Shown here piece by piece: positions 1-8,903 of a DNA stretch of 64,000 nucleotides (position 1 is its first letter; each line of letters starts with the position of its first letter). The translations under genes were made by a program, and so were the position numbers. The notes under the pieces are model-generated. The model was not told the origin of the DNA. It did not search any database and worked only from the letters and a program-made list of their open reading frames with translations. The stretch is from Gemmatimonadota bacterium (lineage in GTDB: Bacteria; Gemmatimonadota; Gemmatimonadetes; JACCXV01; JAHWKZ01). The stretch lies in contig JAICQP010000001.1 in NCBI GenBank assembly GCA_025937815.1, positions 3,891 to 67,890 of the forward strand. Direction: 5' to 3'.

Positions 1-120
1 CTCGGCCTGACGGCGGCCCAGTGGATCTCGATCGGGCTGGCGCTGGTCGGCATCGCGGGGATGGCGATAGCCGCGCGGGAGAGCGCGGCGACGCCGGCGC
101 TCAGAAGATCTGCAGGTTGA
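1..120 (+). CDS. possible 3' end of a membrane protein gene (partial, runs off window start)
   Basis: Open frame from position 1 ending TGA at 118-120; translation ...LGLTAAQWISIGLALVGIAGMAIAARESAATPALRRSAG is hydrophobic-helix-like; no start visible. Confidence 0.2.
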   Translation, partial: LGLTAAQWISIGLALVGIAGMAIAARESAATPALRRSAG

Positions 121-1117
121 TGTACTTCCTGGGATTCTGCTGGATGTCCGCCAGCAGCGCCTGAGACTCCACCACGAATCGGTTCAACCGCTCGTACAGA
201 GCGGGGTCGTTGACGAGCCGGGCGATCGTGCCGTCGCCGCCTCCCATCTCCGCCAGGAGCTGCTGGCCCTCGCGCATGGTCTGCACCATCTCGGTGTATA
301 GCTCCGGGTCGCGCACGAGCTTGCCCATCGTTCCCTCACCCTCCCGGATCTGGGAGGTGAGCTGCTGGAGGTCGTCGGTCGTCCGGACGAGCTGCTCGTA
401 CAGCTCCTGGTCGTTGATGAGCGCCGGCAAGGTCCCGTCTCCGGATTCCATCGATGTCAGCAGATTGCTCCCGCGCTCGGTGAGCTGAACCCACGAGTTG
501 TAGAGGGCCGGGTCGTTGATCATCTTCCCCAGAGTGCCCTCGCCGTTGTTGATCCGCGCCACCAGCACTCGCGTTCCCTCCAGTGAGCCCACGAGCTCCT
601 CCACGCCTTCGGCCGCCCGGGCGATCAGCCCTTCGTAGTCGATCGGTGCCTCGTTGAGCACGATGTCTCCGGACTGGAGGGGGGCCTCGCGGGGATCGCC
701 GACCTCCAGATCGAGGTACTTGTCTCCCAGCAGGCCCACGGTGCCGATCTTGGCTCGCGACGCCCGCGTCACCTTTTCCTGGACGTCCTCCTCGACGGTG
801 AAGCGGATCAGGAGGGCGCGTGCGCCCAGGGAGTCCCCGTAGGCCTGGGAAAATCTCTCCTCGATCGAATCGCGCTCCCCAGCGGATATGAACTTCACCT
901 CGTCCACCGTGCCGACGTCTACCCCGGCGAGACGCACCGGAGCGCCCGGCTGCAGGCCCGAGACGCTCGGCATGTACGTGTAGAGGGGATACTTCTCGCT
1001 GAAGACGCCGAGCCGACCGCCGAGTGTCATGACGGCCAGAACCAGAATGGCCAGCGCGGCTACCACCAGGATGCCGACGCGTAGCTCGGCCCAGGTCACG
1101 AACGTCGACTGCTTCAT
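101..1117 (-). CDS. mlaD: MCE/MlaD-family substrate-binding protein of ABC lipid transporter
   Basis: N-terminal TM anchor then Mce-domain-like sequence (GAPVRLAGVDVGTVDEV...), long helical repeat tail; ATGA overlap with upstream ATPase gene. Confidence 0.75.
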   Translation of the reverse strand: MKQSTFVTWAELRVGILVVAALAILVLAVMTLGGRLGVFSEKYPLYTYMPSVSGLQPGAPVRLAGVDVGTVDEVKFISAGERDSIEERFSQAYGDSLGARALLIRFTVEEDVQEKVTRASRAKIGTVGLLGDKYLDLEVGDPREAPLQSGDIVLNEAPIDYEGLIARAAEGVEELVGSLEGTRVLVARINNGEGTLGKMINDPALYNSWVQLTERGSNLLTSMESGDGTLPALINDQELYEQLVRTTDDLQQLTSQIREGEGTMGKLVRDPELYTEMVQTMREGQQLLAEMGGGDGTIARLVNDPALYERLNRFVVESQALLADIQQNPRKYINLQIF

Positions 1118-1968
1118 GTCGTGCTCATCCGCGCGTCGATGAAGGTGCGCATGTACTCGTCGTCGGTGGTGCGGACCGCATGGGCGTCTCCTTCGAAGGT
1201 GATGTGCCCGTCCTTCAGCATCGCGAACCGGTTCCCGACCGTCAATGCTGAGCCGATGTCGTGGGTCACCACGATGCTGGCCACGTTCTGCTGATCCCGA
1301 AGCTTGTTGATGAGTTCGTTGATCGTCTCCGAGGTGATCGGATCGAGCCCGGTGGTCGGCTCGTCGTAGAGGACGATCCGCGGGCTACCCATGACGGCGC
1401 GGGCGATGGCGACCCGCTTGCGCATCCCGCCTGACAGCTCCGCCGGCATGAGATTCTTGACTCGGGGCTCGAGATCCACGAAGGAGAGCTTCTCCTCGAC
1501 CAGGCGCTCGATCTCCTCATCGGAGTGCTCGCCCGTCTCGTGCAGCCGGAAGGAGAGGTTCTCCCCCACGGTGAGGGAGTCGAAGAGCGCGCCGCCCTGG
1601 AACACCATGCCCATCTGACCCCGGACCTCGTCCAGCACTTCCTGATTCGCGTGGACGATGTTGACACCGTGGACGTAGACGCGGCCGGCGTCGGGCTCGA
1701 GGAGCCCCAGGATGATGCGCAGGATCGTGCTCTTCCCGGTGCCCGAACCGCCCATCACCACCAGCGTCTCGCCCCGGTCTACCTCCAGCCAGATGCCGTC
1801 GAGGATGACCTTCTCCCCGAACGCGAGGTGCACGTCCTCGAGGTCGATCATCCTGTTCTCGGGGTCCGGCTCGCGATCGCGTCCGGGCACCGCGCGGGGC
1901 GCCCATTGGGGATCCGGATGCAGATCCGGATGCCCGATCGCCTTGCGCTTCCTGCGGCTACGGAACAT
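1114..1968 (-). CDS. mlaF: ABC transporter ATP-binding protein (MlaF-like)
   Basis: Walker A GGSGTGKST, signature LSGGMRKRVAIARA, Walker B LYDEPT; ATG at 1968, alternative in-frame ATG at 1851 (MIDLEDVHLAF) may be true start. Confidence 0.8.
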   Translation of the reverse strand: MFRSRRKRKAIGHPDLHPDPQWAPRAVPGRDREPDPENRMIDLEDVHLAFGEKVILDGIWLEVDRGETLVVMGGSGTGKSTILRIILGLLEPDAGRVYVHGVNIVHANQEVLDEVRGQMGMVFQGGALFDSLTVGENLSFRLHETGEHSDEEIERLVEEKLSFVDLEPRVKNLMPAELSGGMRKRVAIARAVMGSPRIVLYDEPTTGLDPITSETINELINKLRDQQNVASIVVTHDIGSALTVGNRFAMLKDGHITFEGDAHAVRTTDDEYMRTFIDARMSTT

Positions 1969-2028
1969 GGACCCTCAATCTATCCTCTCGTTCCAGGCTC
2001 TGCCCCGGGGTCAGCGGTCCTCGCGTCG

Positions 2029-2808
2029 TCAATGACCGAAGACCTCGATGAACAGCTTGGTCATGAAGAAGTCGGTCGCCAGCACGAGAACGGAGGAGAG
2101 CACCACGGCCTGGGTGGTCGATCGGCCGACCCCCTCCGTTCCGCCGGTGGTCGTCAGCCCCCGGTAACACGCGACCATCGTGATCACGAAGCCGAACACC
2201 ACGGGCTTGGCGAGTCCCGTGAAGATATCGCTCAGGTAAAGGCCGCTCCAGACGGCGTTCCAGTACGTCGAGGAGCTCTGGTGGAGCATGAGCCAGGAGA
2301 TGAGCTGTCCGCCGATGATGGCGATGAAGTCGGTGGCGATCGTGAGGATCGGCAGCATGATGATGCCCGCCAGCACGCGCGGCTTGACGAGCTTCTTGAC
2401 AGGATCGGTGCCCATGGCCTCGAGCGCGTCGATCTGCTCGTTGACGCGCATCGATCCGATCTCGGCGGCGATCCCCGAGCCCACCCGGCCGGAGACCATG
2501 AGCGCCGTCAGAACCGGGCCCAGCTCGCGCACTACGGAGGCTCCCACCAGCTGACCCACGAACAGCGAGGCGCCGAACTTGGACAGCTGGACGGCAGATT
2601 GGAGGGCCAGCACCATGCCCGTGAAGATGCCCGTCAGCGTGACGATTACGAGGGACTGGACGCCCAGGACGTCCATCTGCACGAACGTGTCCCGCCAGTA
2701 GAGCGGCGGCCGCACCATCGCAACGGCCGTGCGCCCGACGAGGATGGACATGTTCTGAACGCCGAGGAGGGCGGATTTCACCGGGCGGCTCAACGTCGCT
2801 GTCGTCAT
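2029..2808 (-). CDS. mlaE: ABC transporter permease (MlaE-like)
   Basis: Polytopic membrane protein; conserved MlaE-like stretch ...[33 protein letters not shown]...; start ATG at 2806-2808 (MTTATLSRP); six-frame ORF extends further upstream as shadow. Confidence 0.8.
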   Translation of the reverse strand: MTTATLSRPVKSALLGVQNMSILVGRTAVAMVRPPLYWRDTFVQMDVLGVQSLVIVTLTGIFTGMVLALQSAVQLSKFGASLFVGQLVGASVVRELGPVLTALMVSGRVGSGIAAEIGSMRVNEQIDALEAMGTDPVKKLVKPRVLAGIIMLPILTIATDFIAIIGGQLISWLMLHQSSSTYWNAVWSGLYLSDIFTGLAKPVVFGFVITMVACYRGLTTTGGTEGVGRSTTQAVVLSSVLVLATDFFMTKLFIEVFGH

Positions 2809-2875
2809 CGGCGAGGACACGATACCCGCCGGGCGCGGCAAGCCGCAAGAGTCGGCGGGGCATAGATTGCGGGCC

Positions 2876-3625
2876 ATGGTGCAGGGACAGCAAGCCGGCG
2901 TCGAAGCTCCCCGCTCGGACGGCCGCGGTCCGGCCGAGCTCCGCTCGACCACGATCGAGCGCGGGGTCCTGCAGCACCCCGAGGGATCGTGCCTCATCGG
3001 GGTCGGCCTGACGAAAGTCCTCTGCACCGCCTCGGTCGAGGAGGGCGTGCCGCCCTGGATGCGGGGGAAGGGGAGGGGCTGGGTGACGGCGGAGTACCGG
3101 ATGCTCCCGCGCGCCACGCACACCCGCACCGCCCGCGAGTCGAGTCGGGGCCGGGTCGGCGGCCGCACGCACGAGATCCAGCGCCTGATCGGGAGGAGCC
3201 TGCGCAGCGTGGTCGACATGGGGGGCCTGGGGGAGCGCACCGTGTGGCTCGACTGCGACGTGCTCCAGGCCGATGGGGGGACGCGGACGGCCGCGATCAC
3301 GGGCGCGATGGTCGCGCTCCACGACGCCCTGGGTCGGATCGCGGGCGAGGGGCGGATTCCCGCCATCCCGATCCGGGAGTTCGTGGCCGCGACCTCGGTC
3401 GGGATCGTGGGGTCGTTCCCCGTGCTGGACCTCTGCTACGGCGAGGACTCGGCCGCCGTCGTGGACATGAACCTCGTCATGACGCAGAGCGGCCGGTTCG
3501 TCGAAGTCCAGGGGACGGCCGAGGGCGAGCCCTTCGACCGCCGTGCGCTCGATACGTTGCTCGAGCTGGGCGCCATCGGGATCCGCCAGCTGATCGGACT
3601 CCAGCGCGCCGCGCTCGGCCTCTGA
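2876..3625 (+). CDS. rph: ribonuclease PH
   Basis: Strong similarity pattern to RNase PH (DGRGPAELR..., [20 protein letters not shown]); TTG at 2867 / ATG at 2876 candidate starts. Confidence 0.9.
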   Translation: MVQGQQAGVEAPRSDGRGPAELRSTTIERGVLQHPEGSCLIGVGLTKVLCTASVEEGVPPWMRGKGRGWVTAEYRMLPRATHTRTARESSRGRVGGRTHEIQRLIGRSLRSVVDMGGLGERTVWLDCDVLQADGGTRTAAITGAMVALHDALGRIAGEGRIPAIPIREFVAATSVGIVGSFPVLDLCYGEDSAAVVDMNLVMTQSGRFVEVQGTAEGEPFDRRALDTLLELGAIGIRQLIGLQRAALGL

Positions 3626-3632
3626 ACGCGCC

Positions 3633-4262
3633 CTGACCCGACTCGTCCTCGCCACGGCGAACCCGCACAAGGTCGAGGAGATCGCCCCCCTTCTGGCCGG
3701 GACCGGAGTCGAACTCGTCCCGGTCACGGACCTCGCCGAGGGCTGGGAGGTCGAGGAGACGGGCGCGACGCTCGAGGAGAACGCCTCGCTCAAGGCCCTC
3801 GCCGCGGTCGAGGCCACCGGCATGGCGGCGATCGCGGACGACACAGGTCTGTTCGTGGACGCGCTGGGTGGGGCGCCAGGCGTCCGCTCCTCCAGGTACG
3901 CGGGCCCTGGCTGCACCTACGCGGACAACGTGCAGAAGCTCTTGTCGGCGCTCTCGAGCGTCTCCGCGGAGACGCGCCGGGCGCGCTTCCGTTCGCTCGT
4001 CGTCCTCGCCTGCCCGGACGGGAGCCGGCGTACGTTCGAGGGTGTCCTCGAGGGATCGATTGCCGAGGAGCCACGTGGGACGGGGGGATTCGGATACGAC
4101 CCGGTGTTCGTGTTGCCGGACGGCTCGACCCTGGCCGAGCTTCCTCTGGGCGAGAAGAACCGCGTCAGCCACCGCGGCGCGGCGTTCAGCGCCTTTGCGG
4201 AATGGGTCGCGGCTCGCGGCGAGCGCGGCATTTGCCCGTGCGGCCCGGGCGTTCGATACTGA
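3633..4262 (+). CDS. rdgB: dITP/XTP pyrophosphatase (RdgB/Ham1 family)
   Basis: Frame-0 translation LVLATANPHKVEEIAPLL...GFGYDPVFVLPDGSTLAEL...KNRVSHRGAAF is canonical Ham1; no ATG/GTG/TTG between upstream in-frame stop (3591) and conserved N-terminus; only CTG at 3633; first ATG at 3822 would truncate the fold. Confidence 0.7.
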   Translation: MTRLVLATANPHKVEEIAPLLAGTGVELVPVTDLAEGWEVEETGATLEENASLKALAAVEATGMAAIADDTGLFVDALGGAPGVRSSRYAGPGCTYADNVQKLLSALSSVSAETRRARFRSLVVLACPDGSRRTFEGVLEGSIAEEPRGTGGFGYDPVFVLPDGSTLAELPLGEKNRVSHRGAAFSAFAEWVAARGERGICPCGPGVRY

Positions 4263-4294
4263 ACACGGTGGCCGCTCCAGCCCGAGGAGGCAGC

Positions 4295-4732
4295 ATGAAC
4301 GTCCAGGACATCCTTGATCGGAAGGGATCGACCGCGGTGCGGACGATCGCCCCGGACCGGACCATCGCGGAGGCGGTAGCGCAGCTCGTCGAGCACAACA
4401 TCGGCTCGCTGGTCGTGCTCGAGGGCGAACGCCCCGTCGGCATCGTGACCGAGCGCGACATCCTCCGCTGCTGCGCGGACGACATGGGCAAAGCCGCGTC
4501 GACGCGGGTCGCCGACGTCATGACCCGCGACCTCATCATCGGCGAGGCCGAGGACACCGTGGACTACGTGATGGGCATCATGACGCGGAACCGAATCCGC
4601 CACCTGCCGATCATGGGGCCGGGACAGGGAATGCTGGGAATGGTGTCGATTGGGGACGTGGTCCAGTCTCAGCTCCGGGAGACCCGGTACGAGAACCGGC
4701 ACCTCAAGGAGTATATTTCCGGCAGCTACTGA
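4295..4732 (+). CDS. CBS-domain pair protein
   Basis: MNVQDILDRKGSTAVRTIAPDRTIAEAV...GIVTERDILR...RHLPIM pattern of tandem CBS domains; GAGGAGG RBS 5 nt upstream of ATG 4295. Confidence 0.75.
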   Translation: MNVQDILDRKGSTAVRTIAPDRTIAEAVAQLVEHNIGSLVVLEGERPVGIVTERDILRCCADDMGKAASTRVADVMTRDLIIGEAEDTVDYVMGIMTRNRIRHLPIMGPGQGMLGMVSIGDVVQSQLRETRYENRHLKEYISGSY

Positions 4733-4763
4733 TCCATCCGCCGCCGCTCCCCGCGGCGGCCGT

Positions 4764-4840
<77 letters not shown>

Positions 4841-5063
4841 CCTTCAGTGCCGAGCTCGCAAAACGATAGAACTCGGCAACCAGAGCCGGAAGGGGATGAG
4901 TGTGCCAGGGCGCGATTCACCTCCAGCTGCCAGCGGTTGCGGTTTACGATAGCGCTTGATATGAATTACCAATGATTGGCGTACCCTGGAGTACGATCGT
5001 ACCGACCGCTCATGCTAACGTTCGGTTCGCGGGGTGGAAGCACCCGTAACAGCGGAGGAGTGA

Positions 5064-6299
5064 ATGATCGCCGAGATGATGCACACTGCGGCTCGCGCGC
5101 TTGACAAGCGTATCGGTATTGCTCCATTGGCGATCATCGCCATGGCCGCGGGAACCGCACTGGTTGGGTGCGAGGAGCGGGACTCCCAGGAAACCGAGCC
5201 CGCGCCGCCAGACACCGTAACGGCGGAGGAGACAACGCCTGAGCTCCTCGCCGAAGGCCAGCGCATCTTCCGCTTCGACACGTTCGGTGACGAGAAATTC
5301 TGGACCGACACGCTCCACATGCATGAAGTCGTCGAGCAGAACGTAGATCCGACGACGGCGCTGGCGGTCGGACTCAAGGTGGACGCGGATGTCCTGCCTC
5401 CGGGAATCCTCGAGCAGGTCGACCTCACGAGCCCGGCCACGACGGTTGCACTGCTCAAGATGAACGCCGTTGTGGGCATCCAAGCCACCGTCGACGAGAA
5501 TAACCACATCACACGGCTGGGCGTCACCTGCGCGCTTTGTCACTCTACCGTCGACAACTCTGTCATGCCCGGCATCGGGCGTCGCATGGACGGCTGGCCT
5601 AACCGGGACCTCAACGTCGGGGCCATCATCGCGCTCTCGCCGGCCGTTACCGCGGAGCAGAAGGCGGTCTACGAGTCGTGGGGGCCCGGCAAGTACGACC
5701 CGCGCTTCAACATGGACGGAGAGAGCACCCCGCTCGTTCTCCCACCCGCCTACGGCTTGGCTGAGGTCGAGAACGAAACGTACACGGCGGAGGGGCCGAT
5801 CTCGTATTGGAACGCCTACGTCGCCGTCACCCAGATGCATGGCCAAGGCAATTTCTCCGACGAACGACTCGGGATCGATGTCCAGCAGTCGCCGGACCTG
5901 GTCACCTCCAAGCTTCCCGCGTTGCGAGCTTACCAACACAGCTTGCCTGCTCCGTCACCACCAGCCGGAAGCTTCGACACCGCTGCCGCCGAGCGCGGCC
6001 GCGCGCTGTTCGACCGGACATGCGCCACCTGCCACGTGGGCGGCACGGGGACCGACAACAACAGCGGCACGCTGCACGCGCCGGCCGAAACCGGCGTCGA
6101 TGGAGCCTACGCTGCGCGCACAGCAAACAGGGCGTACCGCACAACCCCTTTGCGAGGGCTGTGGCAGCACCCGCCGTACTTCCACGACGGCAGTGGGGCC
6201 ACTCTCACGGACGTCGTGGCGCACTACACGCGCGTGCTCACCCTGGGACTGACGACCGAGGAGCAGCAGGATCTCGTCGAGTTTTTGAAGTCGCTCTGA
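5064..6299 (+). CDS. dihaem cytochrome c peroxidase (CCP/MauG) family lipoprotein
   Basis: Lipobox LVGC; two CXXCH motifs (CALCH, CATCH) and C-terminal hallmark WQHPPYFHDGSGATL typical of CCP/MauG second domain. Confidence 0.6.
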   Translation: MIAEMMHTAARALDKRIGIAPLAIIAMAAGTALVGCEERDSQETEPAPPDTVTAEETTPELLAEGQRIFRFDTFGDEKFWTDTLHMHEVVEQNVDPTTALAVGLKVDADVLPPGILEQVDLTSPATTVALLKMNAVVGIQATVDENNHITRLGVTCALCHSTVDNSVMPGIGRRMDGWPNRDLNVGAIIALSPAVTAEQKAVYESWGPGKYDPRFNMDGESTPLVLPPAYGLAEVENETYTAEGPISYWNAYVAVTQMHGQGNFSDERLGIDVQQSPDLVTSKLPALRAYQHSLPAPSPPAGSFDTAAAERGRALFDRTCATCHVGGTGTDNNSGTLHAPAETGVDGAYAARTANRAYRTTPLRGLWQHPPYFHDGSGATLTDVVAHYTRVLTLGLTTEEQQDLVEFLKSL

Positions 6300-6335
6300 T
6301 CCTGAGGGTATTCACACCGCCACGTGCGGTTTTCC

Positions 6336-7349
6336 TCAGGACTCGCGAAACTTCTCGAGATAGTCGAGATCAAGAGCTTCGCGTACCAGCGACATCGTGA
6401 TCTGGGCCGTCTTTCGGGCGCGCTCCGAGCCGAGCGCCAATGCGTCGCGCACCAGGGCCATATCAGCCGCGAAATGAGCACGACGCTCCCGGATCGGATC
6501 GAGGAACCGATTGAGAGCCGCGGCGAGCTTCTCCTTGACTTCCACATCGCCGACGGCGCCGCGGCGATATCTCTCCTCGAGGTCGGCTACTTCCTGCCGG
6601 TCAGAGTTGAACAGCTCGTGGTACAGGAAGACGGGGTTCCCCTCGACGTGGCCCGGATCAGTGGCCCGAAGCCGTGTCGGATCCGTGTACATCGAGCGGA
6701 CCTTCTCGTTCACGACGGCCGGCGTATCTTTCAGGTAGATCGCGTTGTCCAGCGATTTGCTCATCTTGGCCTGGCCGTCGATCCCCACCAGTCGCGGCAC
6801 CCGTCCGACCAGGCCCTTGGGTTCGGGGAAGACCTCCTTGAAATGCCGATTGAAGCGACGCGCCACCTCCCGGGCAAGCTCGATGTGGGGAAGCTGATCC
6901 TCGCCGACCGGGACGAGCTGGGCTCGGTGCAGGAGAATGTCGGCCACCTGCATGATCGGGTACGTGAAGAATGCCACTGGCACGGATCTTCGGCCGAAGT
7001 CCTTCATCTCCGCCTTCAGCGTCGGATTCCGTTGGAGCCTACCGATCGACACGAGCCAGCTCAGCCACAGAGTCAGTTCAGCATGTTCCGGAATGACACT
7101 TTCGACAACGAAGGAGCTGCGCTCCGGATCGAGCCCTACCGCCAGCCAGTCCAGCGTCACTTCCCACACCGCTTCCCGCACCCGGGCCAGGTCGTCGGCA
7201 TGGTCGGAGACCTGATAATCAGCGATCAGGAAGTAGCAGTCGTAGTCCGATTGCAGTCCGATCCAGGTCTCGAGCGCGCCCACATAGTGGCCGAGATGCA
7301 AGGGACCGGTGGGCCGGATCCCCGTCAGTACCCGCTCCCTGTCTTCCAC
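6336..7349 (-). CDS. trpS: tryptophan--tRNA ligase
   Basis: Class I aaRS HIGH-like GHYVG and KMSKS motifs; overall TrpRS pattern. Confidence 0.9.
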   Translation of the reverse strand: MEDRERVLTGIRPTGPLHLGHYVGALETWIGLQSDYDCYFLIADYQVSDHADDLARVREAVWEVTLDWLAVGLDPERSSFVVESVIPEHAELTLWLSWLVSIGRLQRNPTLKAEMKDFGRRSVPVAFFTYPIMQVADILLHRAQLVPVGEDQLPHIELAREVARRFNRHFKEVFPEPKGLVGRVPRLVGIDGQAKMSKSLDNAIYLKDTPAVVNEKVRSMYTDPTRLRATDPGHVEGNPVFLYHELFNSDRQEVADLEERYRRGAVGDVEVKEKLAAALNRFLDPIRERRAHFAADMALVRDALALGSERARKTAQITMSLVREALDLDYLEKFRES

Positions 7350-7384
7350 CGTGGTGATTCTCCGCCTCGGGCCGGGTAAGACGG

Positions 7385-7750
7385 TTACTTCGCGTCGCCG
7401 GTCATCGCCTGAAGGGCGATCAGCGAATGTGCAAAGGAACCGCCGGCCCGCATCTCCGCAGCGACCCAGATCGCTTCCATGATTTCCTGATCAGTCGCCT
7501 CTTCTCGACGAGCAGCCTTGGTGTGGCCTCGAATGCAGTAGGGGCACTGGGTGACGTGAGCCACCGCAACGGCGATGAGCTGCTTCGTCTTGGCGTCCAA
7601 AGCGCCAGCCGCGAATACCTGACGGCCGAACTCGTGAAACGCTCGCTCGATCCCGGGGGCGAGCTCGCGTCGCTTCTGGGCGAGCTGCGCGCTCGGCGTT
7701 GGGTACATGTGGCCATGCTCCTCCATCCTTTGGCTCCTTTCGGCGTGCAA
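7385..7750 (-). CDS. carboxymuconolactone decarboxylase (AhpD-like) family protein
   Basis: CMD-family helix with CPYC motif (HVTQCPYCIRGH); start uncertain (several in-frame Met). Confidence 0.6.
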   Translation of the reverse strand: MHAERSQRMEEHGHMYPTPSAQLAQKRRELAPGIERAFHEFGRQVFAAGALDAKTKQLIAVAVAHVTQCPYCIRGHTKAARREEATDQEIMEAIWVAAEMRAGGSFAHSLIALQAMTGDAK

Positions 7751-7752
7751 CC

Positions 7753-8676
7753 TTACAGGGGGATGACCGGCGCACGCCGCTCAAAAATCGCTGCCCATCT
7801 GCCGTAGCGCTGGGCGATTCGAAACGCAGCGTCCTCGCGAGTTGTCCGTTGCGCCACGTAGTCGGCCACGGGTTCCCAGAACGTAGTTCGTCCCACCGCG
7901 AAACCGATAAACCCCGGGACTGACGCGGCGGTCTCGAGCCAACCCGTTACCTTCTTCTCGTCGACACCGCGCCCCAGCACGATGCAACCGACTTCGTGCC
8001 GGCCTTCACGCCGCGCGGTTGCCACAACTCGCTCGCAATCATCGCGCGCGTCGAGTCCCTCGATTTTCCAGACATCCGGCTCCACTCCGGCATCCTGTAA
8101 CGTGCGGATGGCCTGGAGCATCAGTGCGGGTCTCACAGCGAGATCGTAGGTCGTTTCATCCTCCTGGACGCGATCCTTCTGCGCTTCCGTGGCAGGCACG
8201 AGCAACTCGAACATGAACAGCTGGTCCGCGCCCCGACAATAGTCGGAAAGCCGCTTGAGTCGGGTCGTCTGCCGCTGATTGAGGGCCGGGTCTCCCTCGG
8301 GATTGTAGCGTACCAAGGCTTTCGCGAACGTAGGCCCGAACGCTTCGATATGGTCCACGAACGCCGCACCGTACTCGAACTCGAATTCGGCCGATCCACT
8401 CTTCTCGGTCGATAGCGCGGTCACATAGCCGTTCCTGGCCGCATCGCGCAGGATGCCGGCGCCGAATTCCTCGTCTACCAGGATTCCGGCCGAGGCAGCC
8501 GGCAGTCCGCGGGCCAGCGCCTTCCGGAATCCCTCATAGATCACCTGTTTGCTATCGGTTACCGCGTCGTGTTGATCCGCAGTCAGCGGAGGTGTGACAT
8601 GGAACATGCCGGTGAGGTAGGAGTGACGATGGTCGAACGGCAGCAGATAGAGGGGGCGGTTGTAGCCAGGATGCAT
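7753..8676 (-). CDS. DUF2090-family protein (aldolase-like TIM barrel; carbohydrate-catabolism associated)
   Basis: Pattern LYLLPFDHRHSY... resembles DUF2090 proteins found with inositol/sugar kinase genes; assignment from memory of family, not computed. Confidence 0.4.
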   Translation of the reverse strand: MHPGYNRPLYLLPFDHRHSYLTGMFHVTPPLTADQHDAVTDSKQVIYEGFRKALARGLPAASAGILVDEEFGAGILRDAARNGYVTALSTEKSGSAEFEFEYGAAFVDHIEAFGPTFAKALVRYNPEGDPALNQRQTTRLKRLSDYCRGADQLFMFELLVPATEAQKDRVQEDETTYDLAVRPALMLQAIRTLQDAGVEPDVWKIEGLDARDDCERVVATARREGRHEVGCIVLGRGVDEKKVTGWLETAASVPGFIGFAVGRTTFWEPVADYVAQRTTREDAAFRIAQRYGRWAAIFERRAPVIPL

Positions 8677-8903
8677 GAATGGGACGATAGTGAAGAGTGG
8701 ATGACTATGCCCGCTCCCCGGCGAGGGGCAAACGCGAGGGGCATCATTTTGGCTGTAATCAGGCCGGACCCATTACGGTTGACCGGGGCGCGCCCCGGGC
8801 GGGACAAAACCCGCCCGGGAGTGTATATTACCTCGGCTGAGAGACCGCCGCGCCCCCGGCCAGGGGCGCTTCTTTTTGCCCATTTGAACGCAGCGCGAGA
8901 GAC

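Noticed and set aside
1958-3916. 652-aa ORF on minus strand spanning mlaE/rph/rdgB region
   Set aside because: Antisense shadow ORF typical of high-GC DNA; Arg/Pro/Gly-rich low-complexity translation, no motifs; real genes (mlaE -, rph +, rdgB +) account for the region.
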